Positions 12,871-25,580 of a DNA stretch of 64,000 bases are shown here, in pieces. Below the pieces are notes generated by a model that was given only the letters and a program-made list of their open reading frames with translations, did not search any database and was not told where the DNA came from. The DNA lies in the NCBI RefSeq assembly GCF_001194135.2, contig NC_068982.1:132045039-132109038 (forward strand), in the 5' to 3' direction. The DNA comes from Octopus bimaculoides. Lineage: Eukaryota. Within the stretch, counting starts at the first letter, position 1, and each line of letters begins with the position of its first letter. The position numbers were made by a program, and so were the translations under genes.

Positions 12871-12976
12871 AATAACAAATATCCGTCAAATTTAAATAAA
12901 ATAAATAATGTAAATAATATACATAATTCCTAATCTCTGAAATATAGAACTGTATCAAATATAGATACACTTAATG

Positions 12977-13007
<31 letters not shown>

Positions 13008-13060
13008 TGTGTGTTTGTGTGTGTGTGCGTGTGTGTGTACCTGCCTGCGTGTGTGTGTGT

Positions 13061-13386
13061 AAAGAGGAAAGACAACCTTCGGTCATGAATGACTATGGGA
13101 CTGCACCTAGAAAGTTCAATTCCGAGGCGCAAGTCCGGGCAAGTTTGTTTATGGAAGACCAGCCGTCGGCCACGCATACCAGTCTCCTTTCTCCATGCTA
13201 CTGATGTTATCCAAGAGAAAGGCAAAAGCTGATAGAGCTTGGCACCAGTGACGTCGCAACTCATTTCTACAGATGGGTGAAGTGGAGGAACGCGAAATAG
13301 TGTCTTGCTCAAAAACACAACACAGCCTAGTCCGGGAAGTGAACTACTTCACGATTGTGAGCCCACGCTGTAACCACAGAGTCATG

Positions 13387-13390
<4 letters not shown>
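13061..13390 (-). mobile_element. tRNA-derived SINE (family C)
   Basis: Minus strand ggcgcatgactctgtggttacagcg (A box), degenerate B box, then tttgagcaagacact (CORE-like) and a unique body. Confidence 0.7.
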
Positions 13391-13430
<40 letters not shown>

Positions 13431-14359
13431 NNNNNNNNNNNNNNNNNNNNNNNNNNNNNNNNNNNNNNNNNNNNNNNNNNNNNNNNNNNNNNNNNNNNNN
13501 NNNNNNNNNNNNNNNNNNNNNNNNNNNNNNNNNNNNNNNNNNNNNNNNNNNNNNNNNNNNNNNNNNNNNNNNNNNNNNNNNNNNNNNNNNNNNNNNNNNN
13601 NNNNNNNNNNNNNNNNNNNNNNNNNNNNNNNNNNNNNNNNNNNNNNNNNNNNNNNNNNNNNNNNNNNNNNNNNNNNNNNNNNNNNNNNNNNNNNNNNNNN
13701 NNNNNNNNNNNNNNNNNNNNNNNNNNNNNNNNNNNNNNNNNNNNNNNNNNNNNNNNNNNAAATCCATTTAGATGTATGGACCTTTGTATCTTTGTTAAAA
13801 ACCAGCTCTTTCTGCAGAGGAAAAATATAAGATATCTAAAACATACATACATACATAAATGTGTGTAATATTTTACGATGTATTCTCCAGTGCAAAGCCA
13901 GTCATCTGTTTGTTAATACGATAGATCAGAAGTGTTGACTTTTTCTCTTCTATGTATATTCTATGTCAAAATAAAGCAACTTTACTAGGTTCTTACTTAA
14001 CTTTAACTCCCGTCCTTATTTATACTACGTTCAATTTTCTAACAAGAAATTTCTATATGAACCAAGTACTGCAATCATTGTACAACTGATAAACCTTCGT
14101 CGGTTTGAGTGTTCACATTTTCTACAAGTGACTTATTTTTTTATGTCCAAACAGCCAGAGTATTCTGCGGAGACAGATTTGCGTAGATAAGCTAATTAGT
14201 GATTTCAGGAAACTTTGACGCCTCTAGAGTAAACATAAAAAGCACCGTGAAATGCAATTCAGGATAAATACATCTACTTCTAAAACTTTGTACAGAGCAG
14301 CACATTTGTAGTGTAAGTGGCTTAATCAGTACTCGACACAAGATATAGACGGCTTTACT

Positions 14360-14503
14360 TTCTGAATTCCAATGCCACCGAGGTCGATTTTGCCCTTCAT
14401 CCTTTCGAGGTCGATAAATTAATTACCAGTTTCGTACTGGTGTCGATCTAATCGACTGTCTCCCTCCCCCAAAATTTCAGGCCTTGTGCCTATAGTAGAA
14501 AGG

Positions 14504-14557
<54 letters not shown>
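14360..14557 (+). mobile_element. tRNA-SINE family A, 5'-truncated, (ATT)n tail
   Basis: ccgaggtcgattttgcccttcatcctttcgaggtcgataaatt...gtagaaaggattattatt. Confidence 0.8.
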
Positions 14558-15149
14558 GAGAGAACAGTGCATGGCATCAAACTGACACTGGGGTAAAATA
14601 TACGAAGCCCATTATACCCATCTTGACTACTCATCTGATAAGGGTACACCAGGCACATGCATCACAACCATATGTGCGCTACATGGTGATCTTATATCAA
14701 GATAAACAGCGCATGACTTTGCAGGTGGGATCCAGTTAGAATTTTCTTCAGGTTGAATAGCCCATTCCACTCAAAAGTCCTTGAAAAGGGTTGTTTAAAG
14801 ATGTTGAACGAAACACCCATGTTTCCAAAGGTGAATTATCCAAACCCCAAAGAATTTTTCTCAACATATGGCTATGATGCTCCCCCACTACTTCTGCTCG
14901 TGATCAGAGATGCATATATCGTCAGCCACCAAGGGACATATTCAACTGGTTAAGGTCAAATAACTAACATGCAAATCTGTGGTATTGAGCAGAATAATTA
15001 CTGTAGCCCATCTTTTATACTAAGATAGAACATGGACATGATAACACTTCCAATCGATTAAGAGCAGAAGCCATGAGCGCCAGTGCCTGGTACTGCATCA
15101 GAGCATTTATTATGTCGTCATTCGCTCACAGCCTTCTACCAGTCGGGCA

Positions 15150-15960
15150 ATGGAATCGGTGGATGTTCCACTTTAGAAATTTATAGAGGATTAGTGGTGG
15201 GGAAATGCGACGATGTTCTCGGACAGACTCTGGGCGCCGACGAAAACAAACTGGTTAGTCTGTCCCGGAGGACTTTCCAGATGTCTATGGCTTGGTAGTG
15301 CTACCAGGGTTGGGGCACTACCGGTTCGAGATAGACTCTACAGGCACGGATGTGCTGTCAGGTGGGCTTGTCCGAGAGGCGTGCTGAGTGAGACGATAAC
15401 ATTCTACACGCACTCGTTCTGTGTACGGGCATTGCTGAATTGTGGGGTTATGTCGAATAGCTGCTCTCATGTGTGGAACGGATCCGTCTATTGGCTAAGT
15501 CTGTAGTAGTGATTGTCCCTCTGTCCTCCTTCAATTGGTCAGGAAAGGGGGTTTCCCTTTGTATGGTGGCTGTAGCGAGAGAGGTTTGGTGGACAAGATT
15601 GAAAGGCATGTGAACAGATTCAACCTCTTTGGTAGAGCTCTCATTGACTTCTTCAAGTTTCACTTGAAAAGGAAATTGAGAGTGTAGAGGGAAGTGCTGT
15701 CCTCGAGTGAGTTTATTGAAAGGTGGGTGAAAGTTGCGAAAATGGCAAGAGTGGAGGGTACCTCTCTAAGTGTAGACCTACGACTTGGAGAGGTCAGAAG
15801 AGGGCACTTGCTTTTGGTGTTCAGGGAAATCTCGGACAGTGGGATTCTTTGATTATCCTTAGAGGTCATCCTCTATTTCAATATATGTAAACCCTAACAC
15901 TTTATGTATGTCTTTGTATTGTGCCCCTCATTCTTCGCCCTGGTGGAAAATAAATAATCT
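15150..15960 (+). mobile_element. L1/Tx1-like LINE 3' fragment (zf-RVT region)
   Basis: GALPVRDRLYRHG...CPR...ET motif, then downstream WWTRLKG, FFKFHLKRK and RWVKVA; ends in aataaat. Confidence 0.65.
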
Positions 15961-15984
15961 TTGCAAAATCAAGATATTGCAAAG

Positions 15985-16021
<37 letters not shown>

Positions 16022-16047
16022 GTAGTAGTAGTAGTAGTAGTAGTAGC

Positions 16048-16104
<57 letters not shown>

Positions 16105-16972
16105 CGTATTCATGGTGTGCAGGGATTTTACATTCGGAATCAATGTTCTTAGTACCGGGCCACAAGCAATCTCCTTAGACATCGAGGATTTTTTTGACAA
16201 TCCTTGCCGTTCCCAATAGAGCAATTTTCTGAATTAATGTAACCCTAGTAGTTACACCACTTAGTTTCAATAAGAAAAGTGTTATATCTGTTCGTGGCAG
16301 TACCTAGGGTACCTACAACAACTGGAATTACTTTTCTAGAAACCCTCCGCATTTTTCGTATTTTCCAAATCAAATCCTTGCATTTTTCTATTTTTTCCTG
16401 CTCCTTAACCGATACATTCATATCCACAGATACAGCCTCCTCTATGACGATAAATCCTTTTTTCTCTTTGTCCAACACGACAATATCTGGTCACCTTGCA
16501 TGATGTTCATGATCAGTCTCTACATTAAAACCCCTTAAGACCTTATATTGGTCGTTGTCTATTACACTTTCTGGTTGATGTAGATACCATTTTCTTCCAA
16601 CTTTAAATCCTCATCACCATAATATTTCCCAGTGTAGTGCCGTGGCCTCGCAGTCGTGTCTGCGTCTATATTCTTTCTGTGCCAAAGGACGACAGAATAT
16701 TACGCGCATAATGGATTCCTCTACTTTCTCAATACATACTCTGCACTGAGCATTTTTCGCAGCTTTGTCTATTTCCGCCTTAATGATATTCATCCACAAT
16801 GACTGGCTTTGAGCAACCATTACGAGTCCTTCCGTTTCTTTTTTAAGGCCTCCATTTTTCAGCCACTACCATGACTCATCTGCTGAACGTCCTGCGTTTG
16901 TCTAATATGCTGACCTCTCAGTTCTTTTCCTCAAATGTTTCTTTCTCGCTACTGTTTTCTTCTTTTCTTGTA
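16105..16972 (-). mobile_element. R4/Dong-like LINE 3' fragment
   Basis: KKETEGL.M.AQSQSL, CRVC...EES, EYRRRHD, PDIV..DK, VIPVVVGTLG and LGTARI; flanked on both sides by (ATT)n or (AGT)n. Confidence 0.8.
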
Positions 16973-16975
16973 TTA

Positions 16976-17033
<58 letters not shown>

Positions 17034-17210
17034 TATTATTATTATGTTTGGATTTTGCTTTGTGTTTATACAAGTTGACTCCAAGTCTCACCCGGAAACC
17101 TCAACAAACAGACAACAAATTAGAAGTTAGGGTGGTTGATAACTGCTATGTTTTTGGATTTTAAAATAACAACAACAGCAACAACAACAACAACAACAAT
17201 AATAATAGTA

Positions 17211-17251
<41 letters not shown>

Positions 17252-18699
17252 TCTCTAAAATTCTCTATAATTCTAGTGAATTATTATTATCTTATTTTAT
17301 TTATTTACTTTTTAAACGACGTTTAAAACTTTTGTAGGAGATAGCGTGAATTAACGCAAGTTAATTTATTGGCCTCACAAGCAGGAGAAAAGTAGAAAGT
17401 CGATTCCACTTTGACTTGAACACAAACATAACTTATAGAAACTTATAGCTACCGTAGAGTGTTTCATTCCTTAGATCAATGCTTTCTGTTTTGGTAATTG
17501 CTACAAATCATCTACGACAGCAATCTGATGCTTCTGCTTATTAGACACCTTACAAGGAGAGTAAATAATAAATCTGCGGTGTTGCTATACATCAACTATT
17601 TACGTCTGTCAAGAATAAATTCGTTAATACCAGTGTAAAAACCTAACGCTGAAAGATCATTATTATGTGATTATGAAATAACTAAACAGTTTTGTAGCTT
17701 GATTTATTTTCTTTCCACATTCTATTCCATGGCTTATGCATAAGCTATTATAAAACATTGAGTTAATAGATTATCTCACTTAAAGTAGAGTCCATTGCAT
17801 GAATCTACAACAGCAATATCCGGATGTCTGTTATTAACTAGAAAATCGTGCGAAATATTCTAATAAGCATTGATTTGGATAATGTTAGAGACATGTACAT
17901 ACTAAATATTGCTTTCCAACATTATGGGATTCTGACAGTGGTTAATATTTCATAAAACATTTAATACTGGTTGATGTGACGGAAATAGTAGGGGATAGGA
18001 TGAGAGGCGTTACACTTTGATTTCGAATCACACTGACACCGTGTTTCCGCTCTTTGTTACAGGGTAAATGAAATAAGTGGGTGGAGTGGTGGTCATCAAT
18101 CTTCTGACCGAGCCCAGGAAGCTATTTTTCCATTTTGCTGTATCTCAAGTGGGTCATTATACCAATAATAAACACACGCACTGGTCCTATATCGCTTCTT
18201 TTATTATTTGTGAATTAGTTATCATTTGATCGACTGTCTGATTCTTCATTCGATCAATCAGCTAGGTTTATGAAAGATTTGTCGTCACTATACGCGACCT
18301 CATCAATGGCCATGCTCTCTCTACTTTGGATCTGCTTCAGGCCTGACAAATCTAGCAGATTGACCGAATTATTAATCAAGCAATCGTCTAGTTGCTTTAT
18401 TAAATATTAACTAATTTACTACTAAAACTAAAGAAGTGAAACAGAACCAGTACGTATGTTGATTATTTACATAATGCCCCTCCTGGGACACAACAAAATT
18501 TGTTTCAACACACGCATTCACATCAAGAATCTGGTGAAGAAAATACAAAACCAGAATTTCTTTCCATTGATTTATTTATCTTTTTTTTTATATATATATA
18601 ATTTAAATTTCTAATGCTAACCGTCGGTCGCAATTCCGGACAGAAGTGTCGTCCGATGCTCAAACAATTCCGCCAATATACCAGCCTGGACTCGTAATG

Positions 18700-19384
18700 G
18701 TGGTTTTGGTTAGTGTTTTTGTGACTCTCCTGCATCTAACCACTGTCCTGTCCTCTTGCTGTTATCAAAGAGTATCCACTTCTCATCACACGTAATGAGT
18801 CGATACAAAAATGGTTCTCTTTCCAAACGAGAAATCAACATTGAACACACTGTAAGGCGTCTGTTTCTTTGAATTTCACTAAGTTGATGGGGAACAAACC
18901 TATCCATCTTTTTGACTTTTCCAATTCTCTTCAAGTGTCGAGAAGCAGTTGCAGGAGATGTCTGGAGCTCTGATCCGATTTTTCGGATCATTGTTCTCGG
19001 ATTTCGTTTAACCAAAGCATTTAATTCATCATGCCGAATAACTGATTTTGATCTCCCCCATGGTTCATTTTTAAGGCTTTCATTTCCTGAACGAAATCTT
19101 TGGAACCATCTCTGAACAGTTCTAATGTCAACAGAATCGTTACTAAAAGCCCGCTTGATGTTTTGTAGAACTTTGGTGGCAGAGTGACCCAACTTGTATT
19201 CGTACAAGAAAATCACTCGGTATTGTTCAGTTGACAATATTGTCAATTTTGTTTAATAATACTGTCTAAAAAGAAAAAGAGTTAAGAGTAAACACAAGCA
19301 TGTGCATAGAAACTCATTAAAAATCCATTTATAGATAACTCATAAGAAACCCATTTAAAATACATTTAATGCGAGACAACCTAA
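18700..19384 (-). mobile_element. Mariner (Mos1/SETMAR-type) transposon, 3'-truncated
   Basis: ORF 18710-19246 has the HTH region (FLYEYKLGHSA...TVQRWFQRF) and ITCDEKWILFDN containing the first catalytic Asp. TIR ttaggttgtctcgc with TA at 19385-19386. Confidence 0.9.
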
Positions 19385-20448
19385 TATATATCAGTGTTTA
19401 GGAAAACTACTCGATCATCTGTATATATATCCTATTTATCCTCTCTTACGTGTTATACACTATCATTAAGAATGAAATTTTCTGGAATATAATGAATCTC
19501 TTTAGTGACTACAATGTGTTGTAATTTAATTTGTATGTCGTAGTCTCCAACAGCAAGATTAATATTGAATGTGTGCAGAAAGTGCTGGGAGATGGAGGCT
19601 AAGCTCATTGTAGAACAAGTTTGTGATTTGTTTTGGCTCCCACTTAAAGATATTTGACATCAATTACATTGATATTTCTTTTGAGGAATACATAAAAATC
19701 ACAAACTCACTTTCTTTATAAACCCGAAATTATAACTGCAGTAAAGCAGAAATAACATTTTTGGTGAAATAAATCTGAATCTCAGTTTCGGTACCTGATA
19801 ATACTGTTTGCAAAATTATACACGTCCCAAATTTCCATTCTGATTCCATGAAATACATACAAACATACATACATACATACATACATACATACATACCTAC
19901 ATACATACACACACACATACACATACATACATACATACATACATACATACATGTGTGTGTATGTGTATGCGCACGCGTTTATAAATTGATAAATGATAGA
20001 AAACGCATTGAACGACATTCTTTATTTTAATCACTACAATTGTTTCGACACCTTTTTACACTCGTAGTAAACCGGTGAGACGATATTATTAACATGTGTA
20101 TTCACTATTATCCATTCAAGGTGTAAGATACGCGTTTTCCTAGGTGATTGTTTAAATAAGTCCTTCGTTAGCTCATACTCTCATTTCACTCAGTGTGAGA
20201 AAGCATAGCCAATGGAATGTGTTATTTTCAGTAGTTTATAGACAAAACTAAGCCTTTAGATATAGTGATAGATAAAATACAATTACAATCAAAATACGAA
20301 ACACAAAAATAAAGAAAGAGATACATACATAAAAGAGGAGTCGCGTTCACTATAAATTACAATTCTATCTGCATGGTCAGACTGTGAACTCAATATCTGT
20401 TACATCAGCCAGCTGAGGCACCCACTCTGCACATACATACATACAAAT

Positions 20449-20481
<33 letters not shown>

Positions 20482-21734
20482 NNNNNNNNNNNNNNNNNNN
20501 NNNNNNNNNNNNNNNNNNNNNNNNNNNNNNNNNNNNNNNNNNNNNNNNNNNNNNNNNNNNNNNNNNNNNNNNNNNNNNNNNNNNNNNNNNNNNNNNNNNN
20601 NNNNNNNNNNNNNNNNNNNNNNNNNNNNNNNNNNNNNNNNNNNNNNNNNNNNNNNNNNNNNNNNNNNNNNNNNNNNNNNNNNNNNNNNNNNNNNNNNNNN
20701 NNNNNNNNNNNNNNNNNNNNNNNNNNNNNNNNNNNNNNNNNNNNNNNNNNNNNNNNNNNNNNNNNNNNNNNNNNNNNNNNNNNNNNNNNNNNNNNNNNNN
20801 NNNNNNNNNNNNNNNNNNNNNNNNNNNNNNNNNNNNNNNNNNNNNNNNNNNNNNNNNNNNNNNNNNNNNNNNNNNNNNNNNNNNNNNNNNNNNNNNNNNN
20901 NNNNNNNNNNNNNNNNNNNNNNNNNNNNNNNNNNNNNNNNNNNNNNNNNNNNNNNNNNNNNNNNNNNNNNNNNNNNNNNNNNNNNNNNNNNNNNNNNNNN
21001 NNNNNNNNNNNNNNNNNNNNNNNNNNNNNNNNNNNNNNNNNNNNNNNNNNNNNNNNNNNNNNNNNNNNNNNNNNNNNNNNNNNNNNNNNNNNNNNNNNNN
21101 NNNNNNNNNNNNNNNNNNNNNNNNNNNNNNNNNNNNNNNNNNNNNNNNNNNNNNNAGAGAGAGAGAGAGAAAGAGAGTAGAGAGAGAGAGAGAAAGAGAG
21201 TAGAGAGAGAGAGAGAGAGAGTGAGAGAGGGGGGATAAAAACTTGTGGACTTAGCAATCAATCAGTAGTCATGTTTGATCGCTAAATCTTCAAGGTGGTG
21301 CCCTAGCATTCCTGCATTGCTATGTCTGAAACAAGTAAAAGATAAAAGTTAAAAGAAGTCAGCTCTGGAGGGAGAAAAGCTCGGCTAGATTTCAAATGTG
21401 CAAAACACACCGTATGTTAGTCTCGACAGTACCAGTACGACTCCATCAGGTCGTTGAGGGCCTGAGATGGGGCAAGGCATGCTATATGCAAAACTACATT
21501 ATACAGTATGAGTTGAGGGATATTTGGCTGCTATTTCTTACAAGCCAAACAATTATCTAGAGGTTTCTTCGTTACGGTTGAATCAGAATATCCCGGAAAT
21601 TAAAGGTTTTGTATTATTTTGTGCCCAATAAAAATTTACGGTTGATTTTATGAAGACTTAGAACTGTTAGGTTTGTTCTGCAATCCTATAGGATTTAAGA
21701 TCAGGCATAGAATATAACATATCAAACGATATGG

Positions 21735-22150
21735 TAAAGATAATTACGAAGTTGATAGTGATGTCGATGATGATGACGATAATGGTGAGGGTGAGGGTGG
21801 TGTTGATGACGATGAGAAGAACGATGACGATGAGAAGAACGATGACGATGAGAAGAACGACGACGACAATGAAGGTAATATGATGATAATGGTATTGTTA
21901 GTGGTGATGGTGGTGGTGGCGACAACGATGCCGACGACCGCAGGAAGGAGAGTTTTATAGGGCAAATTGAGATACGTAGCAATGACAATAACAAGCATAT
22001 TGATGAGGAGGAGAAGGAGGAGGAGGAGGAGGAGAATGAGGGGGAGGATAAAGATAATGGTGACGACAATGATCATCACGATCATGATCGTGGTTATGAT
22101 AATGGTGACGATGTCCAGAGAGATGGTGATGGTGATGATGATGACGATGT
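21735..22150. repeat. Compound trinucleotide low-complexity tract (GAT/GGT/GGA/GAC)
   Basis: Mixed triplet repeats with no splice or coding signal. Confidence 0.8.
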
Positions 22151-22466
22151 GAATGTTTCAAAACAAAATGATTGAATAAATGATTGAATAAATAAATAGA
22201 TAGATAAATAAATAAATAAACAAATAAATGAATAAAATGTATGATCTGTCACTACCCCCAGTAGCTCTTTTATAAACTCCATCTTTTATAACTCAATTCA
22301 ATCATTTGCACGTATTAACATGTAGAAAATACAAATTAAACACAATAAGCTTAATCTTTTTCCTTAGCAATTATAACGTTATATTCGTTTTTTCTTTTTT
22401 TCCCCCCATGTATTCATAATTTGTCGTTGTTATTGCTGCTGCCGCTGATGCTGCTGCTGCTGCTGC

Positions 22467-22503
<37 letters not shown>

Positions 22504-22953
22504 GCGGTGCTTCGTGCCGTGGTTTCAGATATTGTTCTGTTGTTGGTTGTTCTGAACGCTTTCTTTCGAACAATTAACAACAAGAGATCATATAACGGAT
22601 TAACGTGGACTCGATGCTGAATCTATCTTCGAGTTTGAATGCAAGAATGGCTGTGTGGCGTGTGGTTAAGAAGTTAGCATCCCAACCACGTGGTCTCGGG
22701 TTAACATGGCACTCAACTATGAATCCTCATCGTCTTATAACTGAATTAGCTGTACGCTAATGAAATTCATAAGATAATCGTTTTATCGTTTATTCTTCTG
22801 CCATCTCATTCTTCTTATTACCCTTCTATACTCATTTAACAATTTGTTCTGAAACATACATATATTGAGCTCTGCACCAGGTTATTAGTCTCGCGCTACT
22901 TAAGAGAATTATATAAATATATATGTATATATACATACATATATGCATACATA

Positions 22954-23108
22954 CTGAGTGGTAAGAAACTTGCTTCTCAACCACATGGTTCCAGGTTCAG
23001 TCCCATTGCGTAGCACCTTGGGCACGTGTCTTCTACTATAGCCCCGGGCCAACCAAAGCCTTGTGATTGGATTTGGTAGACGGAAATTAAAAGAAGCCCG
23101 TCGTATTA

Positions 23109-23141
<33 letters not shown>

Positions 23142-23346
23142 TTGTAAGTCTGTGTTTGTCCCCCCCACCATCGCATGACAACCGATGTTGGTGTGTTTAC
23201 TTCCCCGTAACTTAGCGGTTCGGCAAAAAGAGACCAATAAAATAGTACTGGGCTTACCAAGAATAAGTCCTGAAGTCTATTTGTTCAGTTAAAGGCGGTG
23301 CTCCAGCATGGACGCAGTCAGTTGCCTGAAACAAGTAAAAGAATAA
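22954..23346 (+). mobile_element. Near full-length tRNA-SINE family B with internal (TATG)n
   Basis: tRNA-like head, caccttgggcacgtgtctt core, microsatellite linker, and 3' module ending ggcggtgctccagcatgg...gaaacaagtaaaagaataa. Confidence 0.85.
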
Positions 23347-23600
23347 TGGTTTCTGGGTTATTGCCCTTTACCAACACAGAGTAGCTGCTTGGCTGGGTGG
23401 TGTTGCTGAATTCCGTTCGAAAATATATAGTTTTCAAAGTGACACATAATACTGATCTAATAAATAGAAACATTATTATTTGTAAATCTCTCAAAGGGAG
23501 ATATTCAGTAACAGTTTTTTTAAAGTAAAGACAATTTGCCAGCCTAATGTGGTTGTCCTGGAAAAGACGATTGTTATTGTTATTTGACCCCAGGCATATA

Positions 23601-24483
23601 CAAGGTGTTTCAAAACATTTGACATCATTTGAGATGTAAATATCAAAGAATTTACGCAGTCAAAGCAAATGAAACTAAATAGGCTTAATGTTGAGCAACA
23701 TAAGATTTATTCCTCTGAATTTGAATGAGAAATTCAGAGGTATGTGGATTTTATGAACGATTTCACAAATGTTCAATATGCGCACCGCCTGAAACGCAGC
23801 ACACGCCAATTCGGTAGTCCTGCTCCTCCCAAACACGCTGCAGCATATCTTGGGTAACAGTCTCTAGTGCGGTAGTGATTCTCTGCTCGAGTTCTTCTAG
23901 CTTTGCAGGAAGAGCAGAGACATAGACCAGGCCCTTCACATAGCCCCATGTTTGCGCTTTCGCTTGTCATCTGCCGTTATGGCCTCAACAAGCTGCAGTT
24001 TCTAGGATTTCATTAGCAAGCGTTTCTTCAGGACGCGCCAAATTGTCGTTGGAGGAATCTGGGTTTCCAGACTTGTTCTTCTTATGGACATCTTGGGGCT
24101 TCGCAAGAATTTTTGGCTAACCCACTCGGTCTCTTCCGATGTTAGTGGTCGTCCAGATCCTTTTGCCCTGCACAAACAGCCTTCTTCTTTGAATGTTTTG
24201 TGCCATGTCCAAATCTGCATTGCCGTTGGTGACTTTTAGAGAACTCTCTCACAAATGCACGCTGCACAGTCTTGTTCGACTGTGTTCGAGCATACTCCAA
24301 CACACAAAACGCCTATTCTCTTCCAGTGAATGCCATTTCTATACCTGAAAAGATAAACATATCAAACATTAACCAAAATTTTGACCTGTTTCTACACATG
24401 CTGTTAAAATTTGAAGTCATTTGAACAAGAACTGGCAAAGTTATTAGATTGCCAAATGTTATCAAATTTTTTGAAACACCCTG
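23601..24483 (-). mobile_element. Internally deleted Tc1/mariner-superfamily element with both TIRs
   Basis: TIRs caaggtgtttcaaaa / ttttgaaacaccctg with TA on both flanks. Broken minus-strand ORF MAFTGRE*AFCVLEYARTQS..TVQRAF...GSGRP...RSPKMSIRR (N-terminal HTH, DUF4817-like). Confidence 0.85.
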
Positions 24484-24496
24484 TATATATATAAAT

Positions 24497-24919
24497 GACA
24501 TACAGAATAAATATAACACTCAATACTCAACAGTAATTTACGGTGTGTTTTACTTGAAGTCATTCTAGTAAGATTGGATGTTGCGGAATTAATGAGACAA
24601 CTTTCTAGCGTCTTCTGGTTAGTTTTATGACAAACCTGATTTATCAAACCGGGAACCCGAGACAGGTCATCTCGTTACTTGTGTCGTTAGTCCGCAACGG
24701 AGCTCTTACTACAAACACCACAGCATACAAATCTGAAGATTGACTCCTTTTATGAAACCCTGTGTAACAAGATGTAAGGTGATTTGCAATAAAATACAGT
24801 ACAATTATACTCTTCATCAGATATTGGATTCAATTTAATTTGTCCCTAAAACGATTTTCGAAAGTTGTTTGTGAATGGTTTTAATATCGAATTCGTATAA
24901 ATGCACAAATGCACACACG

Positions 24920-24990
<71 letters not shown>

Positions 24991-25466
24991 TCCATACATA
25001 CAAACATATAGTGCAAAGGCACTCAATACTCATCAGTAATTTACTGTGTATATTACCTGAAGACATTCTTCATTTCTCAAGTTTCCATGTCTGCTGGCAA
25101 TCCTCAACCGAGACCTCTAGAAAGATTGGATGCTACGGAATTAATGAGACAACTTTCCAGCGTCTTCTGGTTAGTTTTATGACAAACCTGATTTATCAAA
25201 CCGGAAACCCGAGACAGGTCGTCTCGTTACTTGTATCGTTAGTCCGCTACGTAGCTCTCACTACAAACACCACAGCATACAAATCTGAAGATTGACTCCT
25301 TTTATGAAACCCTATGCAACGTGATGTAAAGTGGCTTGCAATGACATACAGAATAAATATACTCTTCATCAGATATTGGATTCAATTTAATTTGACCGTA
25401 AAACGATTTTCGAAAAGTTTTCGTGAATGGTTTTAATATGGTTTCGAAAATCGTTTTAGGGACAAA
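24497..25466 (+). repeat. Diverged tandem duplication (about 400-450-bp unit), each copy followed by (CA)n
   Basis: Copies at about 24497-24900 and 25018-25466 share gacaaacctgatttatcaaaccgg...tctgaagattgactccttttatgaaacc...tattggattcaatttaattt. Confidence 0.85.
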
Positions 25467-25489
25467 GTAAATTCACAAAAGCACACGCA

Positions 25490-25580
<91 letters not shown>

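Larger units (their letters stand above)
12611..12899. repeat. Inverted-repeat element with central (ATT)n and a hammerhead motif in each arm
   Basis: Left ttatttacatttgacggatatttg...gaacctaggttctca is complementary to right tgagaatccaggttcg...caaatatccgtcaaatttaaataa. Confidence 0.9.

Noticed and set aside
20031-20130. Minus-strand GAAAC-AAUU-GUA with possible long stem II (ACACCUU/AAGGUGU)
   Set aside because: It has the same stem III as the 32.9-kb motif, but no recognisable CUGANGA or stem I remains; too decayed to call.
21735-22150. His/Asp/Met-rich ORFs suggesting a low-complexity structural protein (also at 34960-35170)
   Set aside because: These are triplet microsatellite mosaics open in several frames, with no exon boundaries.
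24805-25380. Minus-strand CUGAUGA motifs in the tandem duplication (24814, 25031, 25366)
   Set aside because: No stem II closed by a downstream GAAA.
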